Part shown: positions 1-8,731 of the stretch, piece after piece
How the letters are laid out: every line of letters starts with the position of its first letter
How positions within the stretch are numbered: the stretch's first letter is position 1
Assembly (NCBI GenBank): GCA_963753345.1
Contig: CAVWBU010000041.1
Coordinates: 192,001 to 256,000 of the forward strand
Direction: 5' to 3'
Length of the DNA: 64,000 nt
Source: an uncultured Fibrobacterota bacterium
Lineage (GTDB): Bacteria > Fibrobacterota > Chitinivibrionia > Chitinivibrionales > FEN-1185
Program-made: the position numbers and the translations under genes
The notes under the pieces: model-generated
Told to the model about the DNA's origin: nothing
The model's input: the letters and a program-made list of their open reading frames with translations, nothing else
The model's database searches: none

Positions 1-4
1 AACA

Positions 5-433
5 CTACGCGGGCATTGAATTCATGCAAACAAATTTCATCTTTCCCAGATTATACTTAACAACATCTCCCTCACTCGTCGTTAATGAGATTTCGAAAAG
101 AATTATTCCAGAAGTTCGCGGTATGGAAAAATTCTGTACAGAAATTACCAAGTCCACGTACTTAATATCATTATTGCTCTTTAGCCTTCCTTTGCAAACG
201 ACTTTGGAACCTTCATTCTGATCGAAAGATGCAGTGAAAATGAAATCCTCAGGCACAGCTTCCTTCTCATCATCCTTCAGGAACCGAATGAAGAAAGCCA
301 ACGGCAGGCTTACGGCCAAATTAGTGTCCGCAGGTACCACAATAATCGAGTCGCTGTAAACACCCACCAAAATATGCTTGTTGGTTCTCTCCTGTCTTAC
401 TGTATCACAAACGATGAAGTTATTTAGTTTCAT
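5..433 (-). CDS. Hypothetical beta-rich protein (DUF6941-like), third gene of a putative TA module
   Basis: Likely start MKLNNFIVCD at 433 overlaps the upstream stop (ATGA). N-terminal CDxVRQE..NKHILVGVY pattern resembles DUF6941 proteins from memory. Confidence 0.55.
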   Translation of the reverse strand: MKLNNFIVCDTVRQERTNKHILVGVYSDSIIVVPADTNLAVSLPLAFFIRFLKDDEKEAVPEDFIFTASFDQNEGSKVVCKGRLKSNNDIKYVDLVISVQNFSIPRTSGIILFEISLTTSEGDVVKYNLGKMKFVCMNSMPA

Positions 434-1038
434 GCTTCCACCCTTTGCTCTAGTGCACCTGCAATTGCAGTTGTTGTCATAGTTGCACCCACTATACAAC
501 AACAGTCAATGTGCTCGTCCGTTCTTGTCGCTCGAACAAAAACACCCTTTCTTTGAGGGTCTTCTTCGTTAGCCTTTCTCAAACGATCAAATTCATTGAG
601 AGCAGCATTTACGATAGCACCCCTCGCGTATACAACATCAAAATCATTATCTCCAACCTCGATCAGCCATGGCATTAATCTGATAAACTTGAAAAGCGTT
701 TTCCCAGCCGCACTCGGCAAGTTTCCCGCGCTCCACCTTGAAATCGTTCTGACAGGCAAATCCAGCGCTCTCTCCATTTGTGCCAGGGAATAGCCCTTCT
801 TGAGCAATTCGGATATCGTTACACCAAATGATTTCCCTTCGTATGCCCTGATGGCTTTATCTGATTCCTCCTCGTTCGTGATATCATTATCCTCACCGCA
901 ATTTTTGCACCTGCAAATCTTCTGATCGTACGCTATCTCTTCGCCAAAAGAGCCTTTTAGTGTCACCCTCTTGGTCACAACTTCAGTATCTTCAGAGTCA
1001 CAAAAAATGCACTTTACCTTCTTGGCAATATTTTCCAT
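430..1038 (-). CDS. MqsA-like antitoxin (Zn ribbon + XRE HTH) with C-terminal extension
   Basis: CIFC...CKNC zinc ribbon, then HTH (SLAQMERALDLPVRTISRW), then a ~70 aa tail. Confidence 0.75.
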   Translation of the reverse strand: MENIAKKVKCIFCDSEDTEVVTKRVTLKGSFGEEIAYDQKICRCKNCGEDNDITNEEESDKAIRAYEGKSFGVTISELLKKGYSLAQMERALDLPVRTISRWSAGNLPSAAGKTLFKFIRLMPWLIEVGDNDFDVVYARGAIVNAALNEFDRLRKANEEDPQRKGVFVRATRTDEHIDCCCIVGATMTTTAIAGALEQRVEA

Positions 1039-1042
1039 TGAA

Positions 1043-1451
1043 TCACCCCGTTTTGAAGTTTTTCGGCAATCCCAATTCCTTCAGTGTCCTTAGCATCGGA
1101 GGAGATTTCGATGGATCTCCTAGCTGTAAGTCATTTTCCTTGAACGACTTTACTTTCCAAATTCCCCTGCGTTGAAAAAATGCAAGATACCCTGTCTTCC
1201 CGCCAAGCTCAAAATAGTAGACATCGATCGGAACCTTAAATATTCGATGCTCCACCTGCTTTTCGTGCCGAAGATTCCTCAATTCGTCATTTCCAATGCT
1301 TCTCTTTATATCTGCTTTCGTTTTTATTTTGGGGTAAAACTCGTTCGCCTCTTTTACCACAGTCACCAACGACCACCATATCCGGCGCCGACAGGCAGGC
1401 TGCTTTCAACTCCTCGTAGCAATACGCCCTGTCAGGATTCGCCTGCGACAT
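1043..1451 (-). pseudogene. Putative MqsR/RelE-fold toxin, apparently frameshifted near 1370
   Basis: ORF 1043-1369 (IDVYYF..GYLAFF..WKVKSFK) starts at a TTG with no SD. An ATG at 1451 encodes MSQANPDRAYCYEELKAAC..MVVV one base out of frame. Lies directly upstream of the MqsA-like gene. Confidence 0.5.
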
Positions 1452-1603
1452 TTCTAAATACTCGCGCCAAGGCTAAATATTGTATTATTATACTACGTGA
1501 AAGTCCATATGTTTATACAATATAATACATATGCTTTATCCGATAGCAGGGTATTTGTAGAGCACTTCTGTTACCTGGAACATTCTATCTGCGAGCGTTA
1601 TCT

Positions 1604-1960
1604 TCACACAAAAACTCCCGCATTCACCTTGAATATCCCGGCAAACCTCTTCGCGTTCTTCCTGCTTATCGCCCGCTGCCCTGTTTCCAGGTCGGACAAA
1701 TAATTCACGCGAACGCCGATTTTCTCCGCAAGGTCTTTTTGCGTGATGCCGTGCGCTTCCCGGAAGTTGCGCAGGTAATCGCCCGGCTTCATGCCTGCGG
1801 CGATTTCCTTGTGCAAATCGGTCTCGAACCAGTCCTCGTATTCGTCGCTCGAATCTATGATATACTCGGAAAACTGCCTTTTTACGGAACGAATTATCCT
1901 TGCGGGAGTCCGGGGCCTTAACCGGATATTAATAGGGTGCATCCTCACGGCTACCGACAT
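1604..1960 (-). CDS. XRE-family HTH antitoxin (HigA-like)
   Basis: C-terminal HTH LRNFREAHGITQKDLAEKIGVRVNYLSDLETG; overlaps the end of the upstream toxin. Confidence 0.8.
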   Translation of the reverse strand: MSVAVRMHPINIRLRPRTPARIIRSVKRQFSEYIIDSSDEYEDWFETDLHKEIAAGMKPGDYLRNFREAHGITQKDLAEKIGVRVNYLSDLETGQRAISRKNAKRFAGIFKVNAGVFV

Positions 1961-2198
1961 AGTACACCTCAATGGTTATGGTTTTCTTTTCGTGCCGCCA
2001 GCAGGCGGCGTAATGATAGGTCAGGTGACAATGATATTCGTTTTCACTTAATTTTCCGTAATTCGGCCATCCATGCGGCCCTGTTGGACCTCCATCGCGG
2101 AGCGCCACCGCAAGGGCTTCGAACCGTTGCCGTACGTTCAACGGCAATTTCCAAAGCTGCTTCTTTATCGCCTTTTTCAAAACAACCGTATAGACCAT
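1929..2198 (-). CDS. RelE/HigB-like toxin
   Basis: 89 aa; YTVVLKKAIKKQLWKLP...WPNYGKL..YHCHL...IEVYYVGSREDAPY; toxin-first order. Confidence 0.8.
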   Translation of the reverse strand: MVYTVVLKKAIKKQLWKLPLNVRQRFEALAVALRDGGPTGPHGWPNYGKLSENEYHCHLTYHYAACWRHEKKTITIEVYYVGSREDAPY

Positions 2199-2351
2199 GA
2201 CAAAATATACCCTTTTTTGGGGTGACCAGCAACAATTATTTTCTTCAGCAGTCGCCGGTGCACATGGAAACAAGCTGCACAACGTTTGAAGGCATATTAT
2301 TTGTCAAACAGCATCTAATGCTCCACGCTGTTTCCTGTATCCTGTGCCCTT

Positions 2352-2825
2352 CTATTGAGCCGTCAACTTCTTCTTTGCCGCATCTCCCGGCGACCAAAAC
2401 CATCCCTTCGGGTCCCAGCAGCGGCCGTATTTGAGTTCCGCAGCCCCCTTGAACGCTTCCTGAGACATTGTCTTGTATTTCATGGCTTTTGACGTTTCGT
2501 AAAGATGTTCCGCGGATTCCCCTTTTATCCAATATGCCGTTGCGACGTCGTTGAGAAGACCTCTTGAGAAAATCAGATTTTTCTGCGCTTCATCCTCAAC
2601 CTTGCCGGCTGGCGGAACCGGGATGTTGTCCTTTTCCAGCTTTGCCTGCTGGTCCCGCGCAAGGGCGCCGAATTTTTTTATGCAGGTGTCGCAATACCCT
2701 ATCGCGCTCCTGTAATCCTTCTTGCCGAACGCGGACCAGGCGTTTTTAAGACAACCTTCCTCGGAAAAAGAGAAGAAACAGCTGGAGGATGAAAGCAGGA
2801 GAAGAAAGGCGAATGCAAGACGCAT
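2352..2825 (-). CDS. Secreted/lipoprotein TPR-like hypothetical protein
   Basis: AAGGAGG SD before MRLAFAFLLLLSSSSC; helical body; C-terminal CWDPKGWFWSP. Confidence 0.6.
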   Translation of the reverse strand: MRLAFAFLLLLSSSSCFFSFSEEGCLKNAWSAFGKKDYRSAIGYCDTCIKKFGALARDQQAKLEKDNIPVPPAGKVEDEAQKNLIFSRGLLNDVATAYWIKGESAEHLYETSKAMKYKTMSQEAFKGAAELKYGRCWDPKGWFWSPGDAAKKKLTAQ

Positions 2826-2959
2826 GATTGACCTCCTTGGAAAACGATAAAAGCATTCTTGGCTTGATTTCCGAGTATAATCACAAAATAGATTTAGCTG
2901 AAGCAATGGTACGCGGGAATACCTATATTTTTCCGGGAAAGCATTAAATCAATACTTTC

Positions 2960-3098
2960 GGTGGAGCCCGCCGACAGGAGTCGGCGGCACCAAAAATTTC
3001 CTTCGGCTCCGGGAGCCGAATGCTACTTGTGCGACATCCCGAAGCAGAAGGCGCATTCATCCCCGACAAAATCGGGGGCCTTCTGCATAGTGGGTAAA
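2960..3098. repeat. Cluster of three hairpins; the third resembles an IS200/IS605-type terminal hairpin
   Basis: CCGCCGAC-AGGA-GTCGGCGG; TTCGGCTC-CGG-GAGCCGAA; GCAGAAGGC..CCCCGA-CAAAA-TCGGGG-GCCTTCTGC. Confidence 0.45.
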
Positions 3099-3108
3099 AT
3101 GGTGACGC

Positions 3109-3612
3109 ATGATCCTGACGAAAAACGAGATACTGAAACAAATAAGGGCTGGTGAGCTGAAGATAACTCCCTTTGATCCAAGGTCTGTCGGCCCTGCATC
3201 CATTGACCTGTCTCTGGATAAACACATCCGGGTATTTGACGAACAGAACGTGTCGATAATTGATGAATTGATCAATTACAAATCAATCACAAGGGTGGTT
3301 AACATTGCCAGGGGATATATTCTCAAGCCGGGGGTACTGGTGCTTGGAATAACCAAAGAGACAGTGACGCTGCCGGGCAATGTCTGCGGCTGGATAAACT
3401 CCCGATCACGGTTTGCTCGAATCGGCTTGATGAGCCATATTGCCGCCCCATTCATCAGCCCGGGAGTTTCCAACAAACAAGTCCTGGAAATATTCAATGC
3501 GGGCAACCACCCGATCAATCTGGTTCCAGGGGTAAAAATCTGTCATTTGGTGCTGCAGGAATGCAAAGGCTCTGCAATTTATAAGGGAAAGTTCATGAAG
3601 CAAACCCTTTAA
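3109..3612 (+). CDS. dcd: dCTP deaminase
   Basis: MILTKNEI..VGPASIDLSL..RSRFARIGL..LEIFN..GVKICHL motifs. Confidence 0.88.
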   Translation: MILTKNEILKQIRAGELKITPFDPRSVGPASIDLSLDKHIRVFDEQNVSIIDELINYKSITRVVNIARGYILKPGVLVLGITKETVTLPGNVCGWINSRSRFARIGLMSHIAAPFISPGVSNKQVLEIFNAGNHPINLVPGVKICHLVLQECKGSAIYKGKFMKQTL

Positions 3613-3723
3613 ATTGAATCCAAGAGCAAGTGCCCTGACGATTTTCCCTTGAAAACAACCACTTTTTTGTGACTATATCCCCTCTATTTCCGTATATTAT
3701 TAAATACAAACAAAGGACAGGGT

Positions 3724-4419
3724 ATGAAAAATAAAATGTGGTATGTGGTGATGGGGTTGAGCCTCCTCATTATGCTCTCCGCAAATGATGCATCTGCCAG
3801 AAATTCATCTACTGCCCAGAATGCATCTGTTCGGAGTTCCTCAAGCGGATCTCAAAGTGGCGCCAGGGCCGCTGTTCGGGGAGGTTCTTCCAGTGCCGGA
3901 TATCGAGGAGGTCTTGCCAAAGCCGCAGCCACGGGAACTACCTCTGGCGGAAGTGGGTATCGAGGAGGAGGGAACCATTACTATTCCGGTTCCTATCACA
4001 GGCATTATCATGGCTACTACGGATGGGGATCATATTGGCCCTATTGGTCTACGGGTGATTATCTTGCCTACATTCCCGACTACTACACCACAGTTTATGT
4101 TGACGGGACTCCATATTATTATTGCGATGGATCCTACTTCATGCCCTATTCGAATGGCTATATGGTTGTACCTCCGCCTACGGCGGCAGTATCTGAGGAC
4201 CAGGAAGCGCCAGCACAGGCTCCTCCAGAGGAAAAACCGGTTGCAGCACAACCGAAATCGGCCTCAAACGACACAACAACAGTTGGTGTCCCAAATTCAA
4301 AGGGAGGATTTACACCGGTGCGGCTGGTGAAACACAAGAATGGATATATAGGGCCTCAGGGAGAGTTTTACACCGGCCATCCGACAGTAGCTGCGCTCAA
4401 GGCATTGTACGGGGATTGA
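3724..4419 (+). CDS. Secreted Gly/Tyr-rich hypothetical protein (DUF6515-like)
   Basis: Signal peptide, low-complexity G/S/Y region, YTTVYVDGTPYYYCDG, C-terminal GPQGEFY motif shared with the next gene. Confidence 0.65.
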   Translation: MKNKMWYVVMGLSLLIMLSANDASARNSSTAQNASVRSSSSGSQSGARAAVRGGSSSAGYRGGLAKAAATGTTSGGSGYRGGGNHYYSGSYHRHYHGYYGWGSYWPYWSTGDYLAYIPDYYTTVYVDGTPYYYCDGSYFMPYSNGYMVVPPPTAAVSEDQEAPAQAPPEEKPVAAQPKSASNDTTTVGVPNSKGGFTPVRLVKHKNGYIGPQGEFYTGHPTVAALKALYGD

Positions 4420-4448
4420 CAGCAGCTAATTCGGAGGGATAGCGACAG

Positions 4449-5027
4449 ATGCATGATCGGAACCAGGTACTGAAAAATCACCCGACAAAAAAGACAGGGC
4501 TCATTGCGCTGGCAACATGCCTTTTTGCCGCAATGTTTCTCTCGTGCATGATTCCCCCAGGGTTCCGTCATGTCCCTCTTGTCCCTCGCAGTTTTCCTGT
4601 ATTCCTCAAACCATTGTTGGTTGCGGGGGCTTTCGTTGCTCGCCTGCCACGGGGGTGTACCGTGGTTGTTGTGGGAAATGCTTCTTACTATTACCATGAC
4701 GGCACCTATTACCGGCCCGAATCATCGGGATATGCGGTCGTCCCTAATCCGACGGTAAACACTGCCCCAACACCGGCACCAGTACAATCCCAAATGACAT
4801 CCGAAGACACGGATACTGATGCCAAATCACTATCGACCACCAACGCACCCCAGACAACAACAGATCAATCGGCATCGGACACGACCGTGGTCAATATCCC
4901 GAACTCAAAAGGCGGGTTCACACCGGTGACGCTGATAAGACGGGGAGACGGATACGTAGGGCCTCAGGGAGAGTTTTACACCGGCCATCCGACAGTAGCT
5001 GCGCTTACAGCATTGTATGGGAATTGA
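4449..5027 (+). CDS. Paralogous secreted/lipoprotein hypothetical protein (DUF6515-like)
   Basis: Signal-like FAAMFLSC, VVVGNASYYYHDGTYY, same C-terminal PNSKGGFTPV..GPQGEFYTGHPTVAAL motif. Confidence 0.65.
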   Translation: MHDRNQVLKNHPTKKTGLIALATCLFAAMFLSCMIPPGFRHVPLVPRSFPVFLKPLLVAGAFVARLPRGCTVVVVGNASYYYHDGTYYRPESSGYAVVPNPTVNTAPTPAPVQSQMTSEDTDTDAKSLSTTNAPQTTTDQSASDTTVVNIPNSKGGFTPVTLIRRGDGYVGPQGEFYTGHPTVAALTALYGN

Positions 5028-5181
5028 TAGTATTGCCCGTGTTGCTGGAGATGAAGCTCATCTGCATTTGATCCCGGAAGTCAAGACCCGTTTTCAATCG
5101 CGGCAAATTCCTCCGGAATCCGCTCACGCCGCGTTATCTCGCTTGATTCAATTCATTCCATAACAGCTTCTTGCCACCATC

Positions 5182-5601
5182 CTACGATTTTGCCAGTTTG
5201 ACGGCAAATTCTTTTGCAGCGGATAATTCCTGATCGGTTGGATGCGTCCGGTTGAGTATCCACCACGATTTCCCCCGGCAAGAAAAGCATTCCTGCGCAA
5301 CCGGGACTCCCTGTTCCTTGAGCAATTGTTTCAGAATCGCATTTGCAATATCCTGTCCGCCAAAAGTGCTGAACACGGCTGCTTTCTTGATGGTCGATCC
5401 CTTGAGCGATTTGATGAATTTCTTCGTTTTCCTATGAACTGTTCCAGCGTAAACTCCATCGCCGATAAAAAGCAAATCCGTGCCTTCCACGGCAGGGAAG
5501 TTCCGTATAGGCGTTGCCACAGCTCCAACGGCCGTCGCAATCGCTTCGGCAACTTTCTTGGTGTTTCCCGTTGTCGTATGATAGATTACCTTGCAATTCA
5601 T
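5182..5601 (-). CDS. Flavodoxin-family protein
   Basis: VIYHTTTGNTKKVAEAIA FMN-binding loop; AAVFSTFGG. Confidence 0.85.
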   Translation of the reverse strand: MNCKVIYHTTTGNTKKVAEAIATAVGAVATPIRNFPAVEGTDLLFIGDGVYAGTVHRKTKKFIKSLKGSTIKKAAVFSTFGGQDIANAILKQLLKEQGVPVAQECFSCRGKSWWILNRTHPTDQELSAAKEFAVKLAKS

Positions 5602-5653
5602 GTAGCTACCTCCGGCTCACAAATATTGTATGCCAATTGTGTGAAAAGTAATG

Positions 5654-5689
5654 AAAAAAGGCCCGACATTTCTCTCTGTCAAGCCTTTT
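5654..5689 (-). terminator. Intrinsic terminator downstream of tRNA-His
   Basis: Minus strand GGCTTGACA-loop-TGTCGGGCC followed by T6. Confidence 0.6.
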
Positions 5690-5723
5690 CCTTCGAAAAC
5701 CGCAGAATGAACGATTATTTTAT

Positions 5724-5801
5724 TGGGGTGGCTGACGGGGCTCGAACCCGCAACACCTGGAACCACAATCCAGGGCTCTAGCCTGTTGAACTACAGCCAC
5801 C
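5724..5801 (-). tRNA. tRNA-His (GTG)
   Basis: Cloverleaf GGTGGCTGTAGTTCAA...CTGGATTGTGGTTCCAG...GGTTCGAGCC...CAGCCACCCCA with G-1 and encoded CCA. Confidence 0.95.
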
Positions 5802-5814
5802 ATGAGCCGATGTG

Positions 5815-6744
5815 CTATTTGTCCAATACGACGCTCGACCACGATCCCGGCAGCAGCAGCTTTGCCTTGTCCGGATAAGCGGCAAGCGATGTTCCTTTTT
5901 CGTCAACCGAATATGCCGAGAAGCCGATCACACGCTCGTCCTGACCCACCAGGCCGATGTCGTACATCGGAATATTGACAACCACAAATTCCTTTGCGGT
6001 GAACGTCTTGATCTCGGTCGGCCACTGCTTCGTGGGATAGCTGATGCTGTCGGTCACGGCCAGGCGGTTGTGCATGAACGAATTGACCGAATCCTTTGCC
6101 GTGAACAGGTCCACCACCCTGTCCGAATAGGCGATAAACGCGTTCTTGCCGTTCTTGCCGTCGAACGCGAATCTCAGAATGCCGCCGGCCTGGCCCTTCT
6201 TGCACACGATCGAGAGAACCGTGGGGTTCCAGAACAGCGCGAATTCGCATCCCTTGAGGGGTGTGAACTTCGCCTTGGCGCAGAGATCCGCGACCGAATT
6301 CTGGTCCACCGGCGCGGCGACTTTGGCCGCGTGGAGCGGCGCTGTTTTCGCAAGCTTGTCCACATCGACGATGCCCACGGGAAAGAGCGAACCCTTGTCC
6401 TTGGTGCCGGGGAGCGACCATTCGATCTTAAGGAAATCCTTGCCGCCCAAAAGGCTGGTGCCGGCGGAGCCGAGCGCGAATTCCTGGGAATAATCCGTCA
6501 CCTTGAACGTCTTCTTCGCCACGACCTTCTTCTTGCCGCCTTCCACCTTCGAGAGAACAACGTCAACTTTCTTCTGCGGAATCTTCGATGTGTCAAGCTG
6601 GACCTTGAGCACGATCTTGTCGGAACGTTCGGTGAGCCACTGGCCGGGGCTGTTGAAGGTCACGATATCGCCAAAGGCCGATTTGCACAACCACCCTGCA
6701 ACAATCAAGCACACAAATCCTGCACAAGCCGCTTTCATACGCAT
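5815..6744 (-). CDS. Secreted hypothetical protein
   Basis: Host-like codon usage, SD and signal peptide MRMKAACAGFVCLIVAG. Confidence 0.65.
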   Translation of the reverse strand: MRMKAACAGFVCLIVAGWLCKSAFGDIVTFNSPGQWLTERSDKIVLKVQLDTSKIPQKKVDVVLSKVEGGKKKVVAKKTFKVTDYSQEFALGSAGTSLLGGKDFLKIEWSLPGTKDKGSLFPVGIVDVDKLAKTAPLHAAKVAAPVDQNSVADLCAKAKFTPLKGCEFALFWNPTVLSIVCKKGQAGGILRFAFDGKNGKNAFIAYSDRVVDLFTAKDSVNSFMHNRLAVTDSISYPTKQWPTEIKTFTAKEFVVVNIPMYDIGLVGQDERVIGFSAYSVDEKGTSLAAYPDKAKLLLPGSWSSVVLDK

Positions 6745-6857
6745 TGTTCCTTTTCCTCCCTGCGATGTCCGTTTCTGCAAATGAGGCTCAACCGGAATAC
6801 GACGCCTCTGTTTTAGAACTCCAAATATAATTAACGCGCACCCGCTTTCTTCAACTC

Positions 6858-6887
6858 AAAAGGCACGGCGGATGTCCGCCATGCCTT
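6858..6887 (-). terminator. Putative terminator ending the r-protein/fba transcript
   Basis: Minus strand AAGGCATGGCGGA-CA-TCCGCCGTGCCTT then a short T run, just after the fba stop. Confidence 0.45.
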
Positions 6888-6917
6888 CGTGCAAACCGTG
6901 GTTTTATTGCACAACGG

Positions 6918-8036
6918 TTACTTTTTTCTCTTGGCTGCTTTCTTTGCCGGCTTTGCCTTCCTGCGCGCCGTCTTTTTCGCGGACTTTGTTTTTTTCGAAG
7001 CCGCCTTGGCCTTGACCGGGAAATACACCTTGAGCATGTCTTTGGTCGTGACCGGCTTGTAATCTCCCGCATGTCCTGCGGTGCCGAACGCCTTCATCTC
7101 TTCGAGCATCCACGCCTTCACGGCCTCGCGGGCGGGCCCGAGATAGTCGCGCGGATCGAATTTCTGCGGCTGCTCCACAAAGACCTTGCGGATCGCGCCG
7201 GTGATGGCGAGACGGCCGTCGGTGTCGATGTTCACCTTGCGCATGCCGCGCTTGATGGCGTCCTGGATCATGGCGGTCGGAACGCCCACCGCGTTGGGAA
7301 CCCTGCCGCCGAACTGATTGACAAGATCAACCATCTGCTTGGGCACGGAAGAGCTGCCGTGCATCACGAGCGCGGTGGCCGGCGCGCGGCGATGCACGTC
7401 GTCGATGATGTCGAGCGCGAGCCGTATTTCGTGGCCCACGGGGAACTTGTACGCGCCGTGCGAGGTTCCGATGGCGAGCGCCAAAGCGTCCACACCCGTC
7501 TGCTTGACAAATTCCTCGGCCTCGGCAGGGTTGGTAAGATGCACGGCGCCGGCCACCGTGTCGTCTTCGATGCCGCCGAGCGTGCCTATTTCGCCTTCAA
7601 CGGTCACGCCCGCCGCATGGGCTATTGCCACGGCCTCTTTGGTTATCTTCACGTTGTCGTCGAACGAGCGGGCAGGGTGCTTGCCCTTTTCGTCCTTTCT
7701 CCCGTAGTCAAGCGAGCCGTCGATCATCACCGATGTGAACCCGAGCTTCACACATTCGACGACGGTCTCGAGGTCGGGACCGTGGTCGAGGTGGAGCGAC
7801 ATCGGAATCTGCGGGTATTTCTTGAGCGCCATGTAGGAAACCATGGCGGCAAGAAGGCCCTTGTCGGCATACTTGAGCGCGTTCCGGCTCACCTGGATGA
7901 TGACCGGCGAGTTCGTTTCCGCGGCCGCGGCGCAGATCGCCTGCAGCTGCTCCATGTTGTTGACGTTGAATGCGCCAACGCCGTATCCGGCCTTGTTGGC
8001 TTCGTCGAGAATGAGTTTCATCGGAACGAGAGACAT
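6918..8036 (-). CDS. fba: Class II fructose-1,6-bisphosphate aldolase with Lys/Ala-rich tail
   Basis: GAFNVNN, LHLDHG, SVMIDGS, GTSHGAYKF, VMHGSSS, KVNIDTD motifs. Confidence 0.95.
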   Translation of the reverse strand: MSLVPMKLILDEANKAGYGVGAFNVNNMEQLQAICAAAAETNSPVIIQVSRNALKYADKGLLAAMVSYMALKKYPQIPMSLHLDHGPDLETVVECVKLGFTSVMIDGSLDYGRKDEKGKHPARSFDDNVKITKEAVAIAHAAGVTVEGEIGTLGGIEDDTVAGAVHLTNPAEAEEFVKQTGVDALALAIGTSHGAYKFPVGHEIRLALDIIDDVHRRAPATALVMHGSSSVPKQMVDLVNQFGGRVPNAVGVPTAMIQDAIKRGMRKVNIDTDGRLAITGAIRKVFVEQPQKFDPRDYLGPAREAVKAWMLEEMKAFGTAGHAGDYKPVTTKDMLKVYFPVKAKAASKKTKSAKKTARRKAKPAKKAAKRKK

Positions 8037-8065
8037 AGCATCACCCCTTATTGCGGTTGTGAAAC

Positions 8066-8689
8066 TTACTTCTTGTTTTTATCCTTGTTCTTGTCCTTGG
8101 ACGCGTCACCGCCCTTTGGCTCGGCTTTTTTCTTCTTGGGGGCCGCTTTGGGCTTTTCGCTCTTCGTTTCTGTCCCGGCTTTTGGCGGCTTTTCTTTCTT
8201 TTCCTCGACCGGAGCGGGCGCGGCCTTTTCTTCGGCGGCCGGTTTTTCCTTTTCCGGTTCAGCCGCGGCGCCTACCGGCGCGGCCTGGGCCGTTTTTCTT
8301 TTCTTCTTTCTTTTCCGCGCCGTTTCCCCGCTGTTCCTGCCCGTCAATTCCAGAATGCACGTCTCGGCATTGTCTCCCCAGCGCACGCCCAGCCTGAGAA
8401 TGCGGGTGTAGCCGCCCTCGCGGGTCTTGTAGGAAGGCCCGATGTCGGCAAACAGCTTCTTCAGAATGTCTTTGTCGGTGACGGTCTTTGCGGCAATGCG
8501 GATGGAATTGAGGCCGCCCTTCTTGGCGAACGTGACAAGCCGTTCAACGACGCTCCTCACCGCCTTCGCCTTGGCGACCGTGGTGATGACCCGTTCCTTG
8601 TCCAGCACCGCCATGGCAAGATTCGCGAGCATCGCACCGCGATGATCCGCGGTCCGGCTCAGTTTGTTTCCAGATTTCAAATGTCGCAT
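8066..8689 (-). CDS. rplQ: 50S ribosomal protein L17 with long C-terminal extension
   Basis: MRHLKSGNKLSRT..GGYTRI; follows rpoA. Confidence 0.97.
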   Translation of the reverse strand: MRHLKSGNKLSRTADHRGAMLANLAMAVLDKERVITTVAKAKAVRSVVERLVTFAKKGGLNSIRIAAKTVTDKDILKKLFADIGPSYKTREGGYTRILRLGVRWGDNAETCILELTGRNSGETARKRKKKRKTAQAAPVGAAAEPEKEKPAAEEKAAPAPVEEKKEKPPKAGTETKSEKPKAAPKKKKAEPKGGDASKDKNKDKNKK

Positions 8690-8731
8690 GTTGTACGTCT
8701 TCCTTTACAGCGATCGCTTCCCCGCCCGTGA

